64,000 bases of DNA from Spirogloea muscicola (lineage: Eukaryota): contig WELB01000018.1 of the NCBI GenBank assembly GCA_009602725.1, positions 555,411 to 619,410 of the forward strand, read 5' to 3'. Shown piece by piece: positions 52,019 through 64,000 of the stretch; position 1 is the stretch's first letter, and each line of letters opens with the position of its first letter. Under the pieces are notes generated by a model that searched no databases, was not told the DNA's origin, and worked only from the letters and a program-made list of their open reading frames with translations. The position numbers and the translations under genes were made by a program.

Positions 52019-54751
52019 GGTGGCCGAGCAGCACGTCGACCAGTGTGCTAGGCAGCCGGCCCCAGGCAATGCGCTCGCAGCCACAACACGGCCATCGCTC
52101 CGCCGGCACAGATGCTGTCAGCTCGCTAAGCTCGCAAGGCGGCAAACAATGGCGGCGGCGGCGGCGGTGGCGGCCGCGGGGCGTCGACGGGGGAGTCCGG
52201 GACGAGGGGACTAGGGCGGGGTTAGGGTGGTTGGGCAGAGTGGGGCGGGCCTGTTCTCCAAATCCGTGTTCTAATTAGTTCTAGCTCTGGTTGGAAAGTG
52301 GCTCTCGGGGTCCGTGCTCTGGCTCCCAACTTAGCCTGTCGGATTTGCATGTGCTCACCATGTGCTCGTTTGCATGTACTGACGTCTCTTTTCAGCCTGC
52401 ACAATGTTACCTCAGCCGCCTTTAGCATAGGCCCCACTTTCTGCACAAGCTTATGCTTGTACAGAGTATTGGCCTACATTTGCCTCCCTTTCATTTCATG
52501 CGCACTGCGCGCCTTTCCCTATAGCTCTTCAAGATTGGAAGCTCTTGGGTGGCGTTGGCTGTGGATGTAAGCATCCACTAAAAGGGGACGAGGGATGTGA
52601 AAGCTAGCCCGAATCGCGTAATCTCGACAATTTATGTCCGGCCGGAAAGTGCAAATAGTTAGTCTCCTTTCTGGAGGATGTTGACGACAGTGCACTGACA
52701 AGTCCTACTTATGGTTCCTACCAGTATAAACAGGTATGTTACTGCCTAGCAAGGCTTAGTCGTGTAGGCCGCTGCTGACCTACCAGCCGGGATGTGCTGA
52801 AAAGAAACGTCTGAGCAAGTAACACATCTGTACAAGCGTCAACTTCACAGCAGAGCTGTGGGAAAGTGTTGACTGGAGCATGTTTGCTATCATGTGAAGT
52901 CTCTCTCTTCTCAATTGGCCGTTCGTAGCCACAGCCCGTCTTGGTTGTAAGTCATCTTGATGAGTACATAATCAACTTCGCAGTCAAGCAAACCAGCAGT
53001 CCCTGCACGTGGTTGACACAGTATGCACACTCTCGAGGGCCCGCAGGAGAACGCGAGAGCCATGTGTCTCATCTTGCTCAGTCGTGCTTTGTTATAGACT
53101 GACAAGCTGTCATGCTCACCATGTACCACAAGAAGTTGGACCGTCCAGACAATTGCATGCACCTACGCAGCAAGTCAACTAGTCGAGCGCAGTATTCGCT
53201 TCTATGGATGACACTATGCACGTGTACTTTACAGGACATAGCCATGACGAGGATGACATGGATGACGTTGACAATCATCTTCGATCAAGAGAATGAACAC
53301 ATCTGTGTTTCTAAGATTGATAAGCGCACAAATCTTTGGCATGTCCCCTGACTCACATACTGCATAAATTCCTTGCCAAGTGATTGTGCCTCTGGTGTAA
53401 TCTGGTGTAATCTGGTGTAATATTGCAACTTGCAAGTTCATGGGTTTATGACCTGTTGAGTTTGCGATCAGTCAAGCTTATGATGATAGTTACTGCGTTG
53501 TGAATTCACTGCATAATTTACAAGTTGATCTACTGTCGTGGCTCTCTGGGTCTTGCTGTATTAGTTGCATGTGACCTGTTCAGTCCAAATAACAAGCAGA
53601 CCTTGCCACCAAGGTGAACACACCCACTCAATCCAAGTGCTCATTCCAAGAGGCCTCGTTGATTGACTACCTTTTACTGGCCTTTGAACATCACCATCCT
53701 CCTTAGAGTCGCGCAACATTCTTTCCTGCCTTTTGCCTGCCACTGAGCGTCTATCCACAGAAGTCTTGGGAAGTGATTTGTAGGTTTTCGCTTCCGGCCC
53801 TCTTGGACCTTGTTCATTCCCTATTGGGCTGGCCTTGCGCAGCCATTGCCTCATCGTGGAAGTCTATTTTCTGTTACCTGCTCAATATGTGAGAGCGGCT
53901 ACCTGCTGATTCGAACATGATGGCATTTAAGCGCATGTTTCGAGCTTGAGCGACTACCTTCGAAGTGCATCGGATGACCCGTCCGAACACACAGGTGGAG
54001 AAGCACCTCACAAAGCACCTCACAGAAAGAGAAGGTAGGCATTTCAAATGGGCAAGGGCAAGAGAGAGATGCCAGCAAGTAAGAGCTTCGGATGGGAACG
54101 TGGCTGATGAAGGCCAGTCCAAGAGTATGAGCTGAGTCTGGTTAGAAGCAGCATTGAAAAGTGCTCAATAGCGCTTCACAGACTTAGCCTTGCATTACCA
54201 AAAAGCGACCATTTAGAATTGCCAACAGCTCCTGTGACATACTGCACAAAACACACTTTGACAGCCTTTATTCCGCGCTGTGCTGCTTGTGGAGTAGAAA
54301 CTTGAGATCATGCTTGCACTTGTGTCTACGCTCGTGACCTTAAGCTCGTAGTCCCTGTAGATCTTCACTTTGGAATCGCTATTTCCAGATCCAAACCCAT
54401 GCTGGTCAGCAGGATCGATCACAGACCTAGTGACTGCAGTCATATTCTTTCCCACCAAGATTGAAAGTAGGAATTACACCATGACAGCCTTGCCATCCTT
54501 CCTTGCGCAGGTCCTTCCTATCCCCCGGATGTTACCAAATACGCAAGCCATCCAGGTCGAGGTGAACAGAGGATGAGAACAACGGTGTTACACACTTGGG
54601 CTGGCTGCAAAGGTGAAGAAAAAAAAATTAAGAATGTCCACAGGTTGTTTCCATTTTACATGTCAATTGACACCTCTATAGCTCGGCGCCCTGCATTGCT
54701 GCCAGAAGGGTCAGCAGCTGGGGGCTGCGTGCGCCCCAAAGGCGGTGTTGC

Positions 54752-55162
54752 TCAGGACACGGTGATGGTGCCGGCCATGCCAGCGCCCTGGTGGGGCTCG
54801 CAGTAGTACTCGTATGTGCCCGCCTTGCTGAGGGTCACCTTCACCTCCTCGCCAGCGGCGTTGACGAGGTCGCCGTGGGAGATGGCGTTGGCGTCGACGC
54901 CGGAGGGGACGGCGTCCTCGTCGAAGACGATGTTGTGGGGGAAGCCGGCGTTGTTCTTGAACACGATGGTCTCGCCGGCCTTGACGGAGAGGGAGGCGGG
55001 CTCGAAGGCGAGGGAGCCGTCGTCCTTGCCCATCTTCACGGTCGCGGCGTTGGCGCCGGCGGCGAGGAGGAGCGTGGCGCCGGCGGCCACGAGGGCCTTG
55101 CCAGCGTCCCGGGCCAGCGACGCGCGCGGCGCGGCGAGGCGCACGTNGCTAGGAGCAGCCAT
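54752..55162 (-). CDS. petE: Plastocyanin precursor, intronless
   Basis: Thylakoid signal ending ANA, then [30 protein letters not shown] and [11 protein letters not shown], giving all four Cu ligands. An N at 55147 may hide part of the transit peptide. Confidence 0.97.
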   Translation of the reverse strand: MAAPSXVRLAAPRASLARDAGKALVAAGATLLLAAGANAATVKMGKDDGSLAFEPASLSVKAGETIVFKNNAGFPHNIVFDEDAVPSGVDANAISHGDLVNAAGEEVKVTLSKAGTYEYYCEPHQGAGMAGTITVS

Positions 55163-55989
55163 GGAGGGCTGTGGCACTGGGCCAGAGTAAGTGGGGGAGG
55201 AGGGAGGGGGGCACGCTTGCGGCAGAGGCGCGGGAAGCGGATGGGCTGCTGGCGGGGAGGGAGGGGAGGCCCCCCTGCTGGCGGGGAGCGGAGGCAGGCG
55301 CTGGCAATGTGACTGGGGGCCCGCCGGGGAGGGGGGTGGAGGAGGGGGGGCGGGGCCTGGGACAGGGCCGCCATTGGGTGCCGCCGGATGAGGGGCCCCC
55401 GGCGCCCGCCCGCGTGGCGCGCTCCCGACCCCCGGCCCGCGGAGCGGGCTTCCTGGCATGATGGCGTGTCAGCTTCGTATTGGTCACACCTGCTGCTGAA
55501 ATCTTCTTGTAGCAAATCTAAAATGTAAATGCGCTTCTTCTGGGCGAGCACTTTCTTCAGCCCATGACACCCACTGCACCAACAACACCGCGTACGCGAT
55601 GGCTGTGGTGTCGACTGTGCGCCATGAAGCCGCGTGCTGGTTGCTGGGCTGGCTTTTCACAGCCCCTTTGATATTGCTAACTTCATTCGGATTGCTATAG
55701 AGCAATTGAGCTTGCGCTGCGTCGTGATGCAGGACGTAGTGCTCATTTGACCTCAATCAGCCAACCTGGGGGGTCTAATGAGCAATCTATGCGCCCACGC
55801 TTTGACCCCGTCTGTGCGAATCCTTATCTGGCACGACTGGCTTATGTGGCGCGTAATGGCGCGTCGACCCCCCTGATCTCGTTTCCTGCGTGGCTGTCAC
55901 CGAGTGGCCTACCCTCCAACGGCCGCCGCTTCTCTCCACAAATATAGTCGAATTGCCGATCCGAAAGCCCCAGAAGTTGTCCAGCAACT

Positions 55990-56200
55990 CGCATATTCGG
56001 TTCTCACGGCACGGCTCGACTTCAACGCCGCTGGCTCATGGGCCCAAGTCTATCGTATGAGATTGTCGGTCTCCCTTCAGCGCTCCATGGCCCCAAGCCT
56101 TGCATCTGCGTGCTGGCCGTGCTCTCGCTGCGGCCTCCGGCTTTCGTCAAGGGGATACGTTTCCGGCACTTGGCTATTGACGGCAGCTGTGTTACTACCG
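55990..56200 (+). mobile_element. CRE-like ORF 3' fragment (type B)
   Basis: FNAAGSWAQVYRMRLSVSLQRSMA, then after a frameshift GRALAAASGFRQGDTFPA. Confidence 0.65.
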
Positions 56201-57509
56201 TGAATGCGACCCTCTTCAGCCCATGACCCCCCACCGTACGAACAAACTTGCGAACACGATGTTGTGGTCGTGAATGTGCGCCATAATCAGAAGAAAGGGC
56301 TCGCCCATTGGATAGGGGCTGGAAAATCCGGTTGCTGGGCTGGCTTTGGAGGGAATGGAGTACTTTAGAAGAGCTCACCACCTCCTTACAGTGTCGGCCT
56401 GATGAACGGCGATTTTGCCATAGACGAAGCACGAATTGACAAGAGTCGCGGTCCGATAATTGTGATGCACTGCGATCGCGAGAATGGAACCACCTTGAGA
56501 TAGTATTGTCGCCCAGCAAATATCCTCAACCACAATATTACATAAGATACTCCAGTATCATCCGTCTACAATTCATTGGGCCAATTTCTACGCTGATATG
56601 AAGCACACACTACTTGATAACAAGAGGGTTTGATGTCAGGTAAGTGAATATGTGATTGCCTTGCTCTGTCTATTTAGGAGTTCCTCTAAACCAAGAGCAT
56701 TCCAATCAGAAACTTTCTGAGCCCCTTCATGCTTCTTACCTTCGAACTTCGTTCTTTGTGTTTCTGGGCTGGCCAATCACAGCCATCGCCCTCTACTGGA
56801 AGAGTCTTTCTCTCTTACACAGTGTACGGCTGATTTTGGCCTCCCTTTCATTCCAAGCGCGCCGCTCGCCTTTCTCCCTTTTGCATGAACAAAGTATTGG
56901 GTGATCTTGCATCCAATTAAAATCATACGCACCGCCGGCTTTCTCCATTTCTGCTGGTGCTGCTCCAAATACGGCAAATGGCTCGTACAAGGTGGGGGCA
57001 ATGGGTGTGGTAGAGAAGGTGCTCGGCTGCTGACTAGGGGCTATTGAGCCCCCATTTTTTGAGGTAAACACTCTAGTATCTCACTTCAATATCTGTATTA
57101 TCTAGCCTTTCCGGCCCTTTCGACATTGTCAATTGTCTTTGGGCTGGCCTTTCACAGCCATCGCCCTTTCTGGTTAGCTTCTTTGAAAGGGAAGGTACGC
57201 GGTGCTCATGAAATGGGAAGGGAGGCCAAGCCGAGCCAGAAAACTGTGCAAGCGAAAATCTGTACTCAAGATATGCGACTACACAATGTGAAGCCTGTCA
57301 TGCGCAAGGGCGTCGATGCGAGCTGGCGTCGATTGGCTGATATGGAGACAAATGCTGACATATACAAGCTATGTGCTACACAAACCGAACAAGAAAGTGG
57401 TTGCGTTGGCCCGGCTGACAAGAAAGCAGTCCGTCAGGAGGCCACCGTCACCAATCGTCCATCTCACGCAATGTCATCAAGGAAAACCTAGAGGTCCAAA
57501 TCTGACTTT

Positions 57510-60298
57510 GTAACTTCCCCCCCCCCAACGGTTAGTCCTGGCACAGGATGACAGGTTGGGGAAACAGTTGAACAACTCACACAGGACATGTCATAATAAG
57601 AAACAGAATCATCAATCTTGCAACCACAGGTACTTATCAATAAACAGAAGCATGTTGAGGCTCGATGTGCAATGAGGTGCCAGACTTAAACCGCGTCTTC
57701 GGCCTGCGCTTGATGGCATCCTTCTGTAAGGCGTAAGTGGCAAGAAGAGGTGTGCCAATCTGGATCTTCTGCAGAACTGGAACATCTTCAAGACAGCGGT
57801 TATCATCAGGAACATCAGTAGTAGATGGTGATAAACAAACGTGTGATGCTATTGGATATGGATGTGCAGAAACAGTCTCAACAGCCAAGGGTGTAAACTG
57901 CTTCTTTCTCCCTGGAGGATTCATCCGTGGAGAACACTTCATGATAGTCAGCTGCGGTTCTTCAGCTGATTGGCTGTCTGTATGTTCAGCAAGGAAAATT
58001 GCTAATAACCTGCGAGTCTGCATAAGACCAATTCTTCATGAGGGGTAATAGAACTCTGTCAGTACTGGAATTCTCCCAGTCCGGCCTGTACCAAACAGTT
58101 TTGGAATACTAATCTAGGCCAAATCCTAGCGGTACTAGAAACTTGGTCCCCAACAAAACATCATATGTGTCTGCCTTTGGAATGCAAGTAACAGACAACG
58201 AGGTCCGCTTGTCCGCATCAGAGTACAATGTTATCTGCAGAGGCGTTCTGGTAATACCAATGATACTGTCAGTACCACCCGTTGCAGTTTGATTTTCATG
58301 TCAGTCTTGACAATGTCACAAGGCTGCAGCTTCAATGCGTCAACCATGTGCCTACCCAGAAGAACAGGTTGAGCACCTGAGTCGAAGAGAACCAATGGAG
58401 GCCGTGTCGACTCAATCTTCATTATGCCAGAAGTGTTGTCCAGCATTGTAACAGAGGATAACTTTTTCTTCCTCTCATCTGCTGACCTGCATGGTGCACA
58501 ACCAGCAAATGAGTGATCTGCAAGTTGCTTAGTAGAAGTCATGTCCGGGACAGCTGCAACTTGTACATTATGACACTGTTCGTCAGCAGAGCTATTTTGA
58601 AGCATGCTGCTCAGTCTTTCTTTCGTCCACCCCAAGTCGTGGAAGCTCAGAACAGGTGCTGTGTAAATCCTGTCCAACAGCTTTTCAGCTGACAACGTGC
58701 AATCAACATTAGGTGTTGCATTTTCAACAACCTTCGGTTTCGTGGTATTCACAACAACCTGAGGAATTGGCAAGGCAATGTCACATGGGGTTGCATTCAC
58801 TTTGAAGCCCGTTGGATATCTAGCATTGCCAGTCCTAGCACTTTGCAGCAAAGCGTTTTCATTCCGCTTCAACAAATATCTGTTTGCATCAGAAGGTTTT
58901 GGAACTGTAGCAACCTTGGCAGCAAGGTGTGCATACCTATACTCGTGTGAAGTGTCTGAATCATGTAGGGTTGCATGTAGCCCTGCAAGATCCTCCTCGT
59001 CATCATCATTGTAATGGGAACTGCAGCTGCAGCCAAGTCAGCCCTAGCTTTGGCTTCAGCCTGATGGACAGCCAGCTGTTTAGTTAGCAGTTCCACATGT
59101 CTCTCCAATTTCTCAATCCTGGACTCTCCACCGTGTGCGGCGGCATCCGAAGAAGACCTCTGTCCACTCACATTCATATTGCGAAGTTGAGCAGGCATTT
59201 AGTCAGGGTTCTTCTTCCAACATTGCATTTCTACATGACCCACTCTGCCACAAAAAGCACAAGTAGCTCCTGTGGTCTGGTGCAATGCAGTACAATTCCT
59301 CTTGATATGACCTGTTTTCCCACAATCGTGACAGGTGATAGCAGGACGAGGTTGATACTGCTTAGGACCATTATTCATTCCCGGAAACACATCAGACAAT
59401 GCATGCATGGGCCTCAGAGGTAACTGATGACGTTTTCTTGATGGGTGTATCTTTGTCTTCCTTCCTTTCCTTGTCGGAAGCCGAGGCACCTATAAAGCGA
59501 TCATCAAGTCTTGTCAAAGCAAAATCAGCAGACTACTTTTCAAGCACCTGAAACACGTCTGCAAGATCAAAGTGGGGCTTGCGGAGCTGCTTCGCTTGCA
59601 TCAGTAATAAGTCTAGAACATGGTACAAGGCTTTTCCTGACACAACACGAAGAAATTGGTTAGCTAGGTCCTGCGAACTGATGCTTGTACGGGATTTTTC
59701 TGTAAGCTTGGTGTACCTATGGTAACAAGCTGTCACGGTTTCATTTTCTAGACGTTTTGAACCTGAACAACTCTTGCTTATACTGCATGTTATTTTCAGG
59801 GAACTGTTTGGTCATACGGTCTATCATCTCCTCAACAGGATCCTCAATTAGCTTAGGACCTGCTGCAATCTCGGCTGGTGTAGCAGACACGGATAGAGGT
59901 GTTCTAAGGCTCAACACTTCTTGTTTAGACTTTCTGTAAACATCCCCAGCAGCACCAGTATAATATTTAGCAAATAAAGTCATCTTCTGGTCCCCTTTAA
60001 CCATAAAAGCCTGTACATCCAACTCACAGAGTTCTGCAACAAAATTATCCCTGACCTCTTCCAAAGACGACCCCTCATGTGTGCCATCAAATGTCGGACG
60101 GGTACCTGAAGCCATGTGTGTCCTTCGAGTGCGGAAGAGTCTGGCTGTCGGTACTGTCAGCTGAGGAAGATCTCCAGTTGTCGGAGTCTCTGCGGCCACA
60201 GAAGATTCAGGTGGAACAAACGCAGGCCGATCAACACCAGACAGATCTGCACTATCTAACTCGTCCACTTTGACGAGTTTGCCGGACCGCAATCTCAT
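57510..60298 (-). mobile_element. Degenerate gag-protease retroelement (LTR-type), no RT or integrase visible
   Basis: Gag-like ORF from MRLRSGK, two CCHC zinc knuckles (CHDCGKTGHIKRNC; CAFCGRVGHVEMQC), retropepsin motifs VLFDSGA and YDVLLG, several stops and frameshifts, and a G-rich PPT-like tract at ~57515-57526. Confidence 0.8.
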
Positions 60299-60401
60299 GC
60301 AATGTTGAGTCAACAAAGAAGATTCGACCAACAGCAAGAACAGCTCTGAAATGTAAGTGACAGAAGCAAAGCACTTCAAGAGATCACAAAAGCCAATCAC
60401 T

Positions 60402-61595
60402 CGAGCCGGAGCGAGCGGCCCAAGCCGGAGCGAGCGGCCCAAGCCGAGCAGTCCGCTTTGCAAGTCTCGCCCTTCTGCCGCGAGCCACGCCTGCGCCATT
60501 GCCGCGCCTTGGAAGCGTAAAGCCTTGGGCAGGAGCCGCAGCAGCTAGTGAACCTTAGCTCGGACCCGCGTGCCGACTGCGACAAGTCGTGGTGACTCTG
60601 TGGTGAGCAGCCTTGATATTGTGCTGCCTATTGCGAGAGTAGACAACTACAAATCGTTTGGCAATCACTGACCATGCACAAGTCAACAATCTTGTGGACA
60701 GTGTTACATATTTGCTTGTGTACACATTCTGGCGTGTACTGCTTTGCGTGTACATTCCCGCATCTTGCATCTTTGCAATATTGGGTGACTAAAGCCGAGT
60801 TACCTTGTCGAGCCGTTATCCGACCATTGGTTACAAAAGCCGAGTGACCTTACCAACTGTTACAAAAGCCGAGCTACTTTCTATTGGTTACTTAAGCCGA
60901 GTCCGACTGCTACCTTATTACTTGCAAAGCGGACTCCGGACTCCTCAGTCTAGGCTTGGACTCAGACTCATTTTGCTAGACTCGAGTGACCTTTCCAACT
61001 GTTATAAGAGCCGAGTTACTTTCTACTGGTCACTAAGCCGAGTCCGATTGTTACTTATCACTTGCAGGAGCGAGTAATAAGGTAACAATCGGACTCGGCT
61101 TAAGTAACCAATAGAAAGTAGCTCGGCTTTTGTAACAGTTGGTAAGGTCACTCGGCTTTTGTAACCAATGGTCGGATAACGGCTCGACAAGGTAACTCGG
61201 CTTTAGTCACCCAATATTGCAAAGATGCAAGATGCGGGAATGTACACGCAAAGCAGTACACGCCAGAATGTACACAAAAGCAAAGATGTAATACCTTGTC
61301 CACAAGATTGTTGACTTGTGCAAGGTCAGTGATTGCCAAACGATTTGTAGTTGTCTACTCTCGCGATAGGCAGCACAATATCAAGGCTGCTCACCACAGA
61401 GTCACCACGACTTGTCGCAGTCGGCACGCGGGTCCGAGCTGAGGTTCACTAGCTGCTGCAGCTCCTGCCCAAGGCTTTACGCTTCCAAGGCGCGGCAATG
61501 GCGCAGGCGTGGCTCGCGGCAGAAGGGCGAGACTTGCAAAGCGGACTGCTCGGCTTGGGCCGCTCGCTCCGGCTTGGGCCGCTCGCTCCGGCTCG
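60402..61595. repeat. Long near-perfect inverted repeat (~520-bp arms, ~150-bp spacer)
   Basis: 60402-60921 is the reverse complement of ~61074-61595 with few mismatches; the ORF track gives the same peptides on opposite strands. Confidence 0.95.
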
Positions 61596-62580
61596 GGCCG
61601 GGCGAGCAAAGGCCGCTCGCTCCGTCGCGTTGGTGTCGCGTTGTCGTCGCCGCTGCGTCGCGGTTGCTTCGTCGTCGCCGCTGCGTTGTCGGCACGTCTG
61701 AAACGCGTGACTCAGCCTTAGAACACACGTGTCAAGCCAGGTCAGCTGTCCTAGTCAAATCGACACATATAGGCAGTCGACGGGATATGGCACGACAAGC
61801 CTTTCGCTAGCTAAGGGCTAAGGAAACAGGGCAAAAACACAACCAAGGGGGACAGTGGGTGACAGACTAACAAGCAGTTCTACCAGAATGGGTCGTAAAG
61901 CTGCGAAACAATAAACAAAGTTCTTTTCCAAAGGGGGCGAGGGCTGTGAAAGGCTAGCCCAAGAGACTTTGGACAATGTATGCAAGCCATGCAAGTGATA
62001 GGTGTGTGGAAGAAAGAAAAGAGAGGGGACTTCCTAAGAGGGCCCGGTGGCTCTGAAAGTAGACAGGCCAGCCCAAACTGTCAAGGATGGCGGCTGCTTT
62101 CCTAAGGGGTGTGATTGGCTGACGCTCTGGCAAGAGAGAAGAGAAACAGTTCATCCACATCAAGTTTGCATAAGCATCAATAACAGATGGTTGGTGACTT
62201 CAAAATGATTTGCCTCACTATACATGGATTGACTGCAATTGGCGTTGTGATAGAGCAATGAGCCCATGAAGCCATTCCCAGCAAACCCTCTGTGCAAGAC
62301 TGCAGTTCGTACATACGAGCTCGTGCATCTTTCTTGGGTGCACATTCTTGGGGCAAGTAGCTGTGGTTGTTAAAACAGATCCTGCTCTTGGTATGCAATT
62401 GGGAATAAATTGATCAAAAGGCAACCAATGTGTTGCAAGATAACAAGTTATCTTGCAACACAAGTGTTGCACTAGCAGCATGTCTACCATCGATGGGTGT
62501 GGAGTGAAGCGGAAGCAGCTAAAGTGTCAATGAATGAAGGATGCTGTTATCTTGAAGGGAAGGTATTGCTTGGTGCTAAG

Positions 62581-64000
62581 CTAAGGTGTTGCTGCTCCTG
62601 GCTGTGAGATGCCCACATCGGGCTGCCATGCCGACATTGCGAGCAACGAGCGGTCTTGCCAGCTGAGGATAAGGCTGTTCTCCCCCATCCCGTGCAGCCC
62701 ATACCCCTCACGGTACACGGCCAGCAAGCCCTGGTGACTCGCACAGACTGCTCCACATCAGGGGATTATCTCATGCTTTCTTTTTCAAATGGAGATGGGG
62801 CAAGTCTCGGTCACTTCTGATTCCATTGTATGATTATACCTATGCAACCATCAACTATTAAGTGCTGCATCTACTTCAGTCAGCGTAGCATCGAATTGCC
62901 CATCTTCTCCATGTGAGCACGACTGAAATCAAATGACTGCCAGCTCATGTGGTGGAGGTGCAAACCTGGACAGTAGCCACGACCTTCTCGCTGAGTGGCC
63001 GGCCCACAAAGCCTGCGCGCATGAATCGCCGCTGCCACACGCCGAGTGGCTCCTGCCGCTCCACGCGGTCCTTCCCTTCGCATGCAATGACGTTCACAAT
63101 CGCTCGGCCCAACACCTGCGCATGCCGCCGCCAAAGCTGGCTAAGCTTTGGCTAGCACCTGTCGCTGCAATCTGCCACCACTGGAACTTAGTACTGTCCC
63201 ATTCACAACAGCAGTAAGGATGCTGGGCCACGATGCAAGGCCACGGGGCAGCTAACAGACTCGCTGCTCGTAGAGCCGTCGTTCAGCAATGTAGCGAGGT
63301 ATGGAGGCATCAATGGACTCAAAGACGCCGGCATAGTAGAAGAGCGCCTCGTAGAAGCGAGCAAGGAAGAATGGCGAGTTGGTGTGTGCATTCTGCTCCA
63401 CCAGTGTCACAATCTGCAATCACAGCAATGAGGCCATGACCACCACCATGATCAAACCACTAATCTCTACGGTGCCTCATGCATGCGTCCTGGAAGTGGT
63501 GGCACAATTGCTGACCTGATGCTTGGCGCCTCAGCTCGGGCTAGCAGCGGAGTGCAAGACATTTCTCCTCTTTGCAGAGAATGGCTTCGGCAGCCACAGC
63601 TCTATGGCTTACCGAAGGGTTTAGCTCGCGGATCATCTTCAGAACCCCCTTCCGGGGATTGGATGGTGTTGCCGTCTCATCCAGGAGCTGCACACATGGC
63701 TCTTTGACCACACCACTCAGGTCTAGAAGAATGCAGCATGCTAAATGAGCAAGTAACACAGCCATGTGCTCAGAGCAAGGGATACCACATTCTTGTGGTT
63801 GTCAAGACAGCTGGCTCTGTAGTAGACCTTCATGAGGTGATGTGTCCGTGCCAAGCAAGGTGGGCGAGAGAGCCTTCGGTGAAGCTTGGGCGTACCTGAT
63901 GGAGGCGCAGGGAACAATTGACAGCAAGGACCTCGTTGGCCCGCAGCGTGATCATGCTCGCCTTGACGCGGTCGATGCGCTGCCCAATTGCCTGGTACTC
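62581..64000 (-). CDS. GRAS family transcription factor, 3' part (5 exons visible, 5'-partial)
   Basis: Exons >64000-63896, 63687-63613, 63413-63261, 63115-62966 and 62730-62581 splice (GT-AG, all phase 0) to ...EVLAVNCSLRLHQLLDETATPSNPRKGVLKMIRELNPSIVTLVEQNAHTNSPFFLARFYEALFYYAGVFESID...IVNVIACEGKDRVERQE...WQRRFMRAGF...LSWQDRSLLAMSAW. These are the PFYRE and SAW motifs. Confidence 0.94.

Noticed and set aside
54095..54125. CTGATGA hammerhead-like core
   Set aside because: It is the reverse complement of a type B tail, and no matching GAAA or three-stem arrangement was found.
54213..54458. WD40-like peptide (TRSVIDPADQHGFGSGNSDSKVKIY)
   Set aside because: A single weak resemblance with no supporting exons or further repeats.
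55046..55162. Unusually short plastocyanin bipartite transit peptide (~39 aa)
   Set aside because: An N at 55147 may conceal missing sequence, so the length cannot be trusted.
60790..61070. CRISPR-like repeat-spacer pattern
   Set aside because: Repeats are short and degenerate, the spacers are themselves repeated, there are no cas genes and the context is eukaryotic.

Overview
Eukaryotic nuclear DNA from an intron-rich streptophyte. A zygnematophycean alga is most plausible; this is inferred from the combination of a GRAS gene, an RLCK-VII kinase and an algal-type plastocyanin. Genes supported by the sequence: chloroplast fructose-1,6-bisphosphatase (5'-partial), a cyanobacterial-type lipid-A-disaccharide-synthase-like glycosyltransferase, an intronless bacterial-type Asp/Glu/hydantoin racemase plus a pseudogene copy inside a ~4 kb tandem duplication, a serine carboxypeptidase-like gene (5' end in an N gap), a myristoylated PBL/BIK1-type kinase, the P2A Ca2+-ATPase ECA3, plastocyanin, and the 3' part of a multi-intron GRAS transcription factor that the ORF track largely misses. 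Intergenic DNA is full of short 5'-truncated copies of a CRE-like (restriction-like endonuclease) non-LTR retrotransposon group. These end in a conserved ...SDLxxLTRGY* peptide, carry three different structured 3' tails without poly(A), and often sit tail-to-tail or nested in each other. Also present: a GC-rich nested-palindrome element, an orphan ORF cluster, and a gag-protease retroelement relic next to a ~520 bp near-perfect inverted repeat. Exon and repeat boundaries were read by eye and are approximate unless stated.
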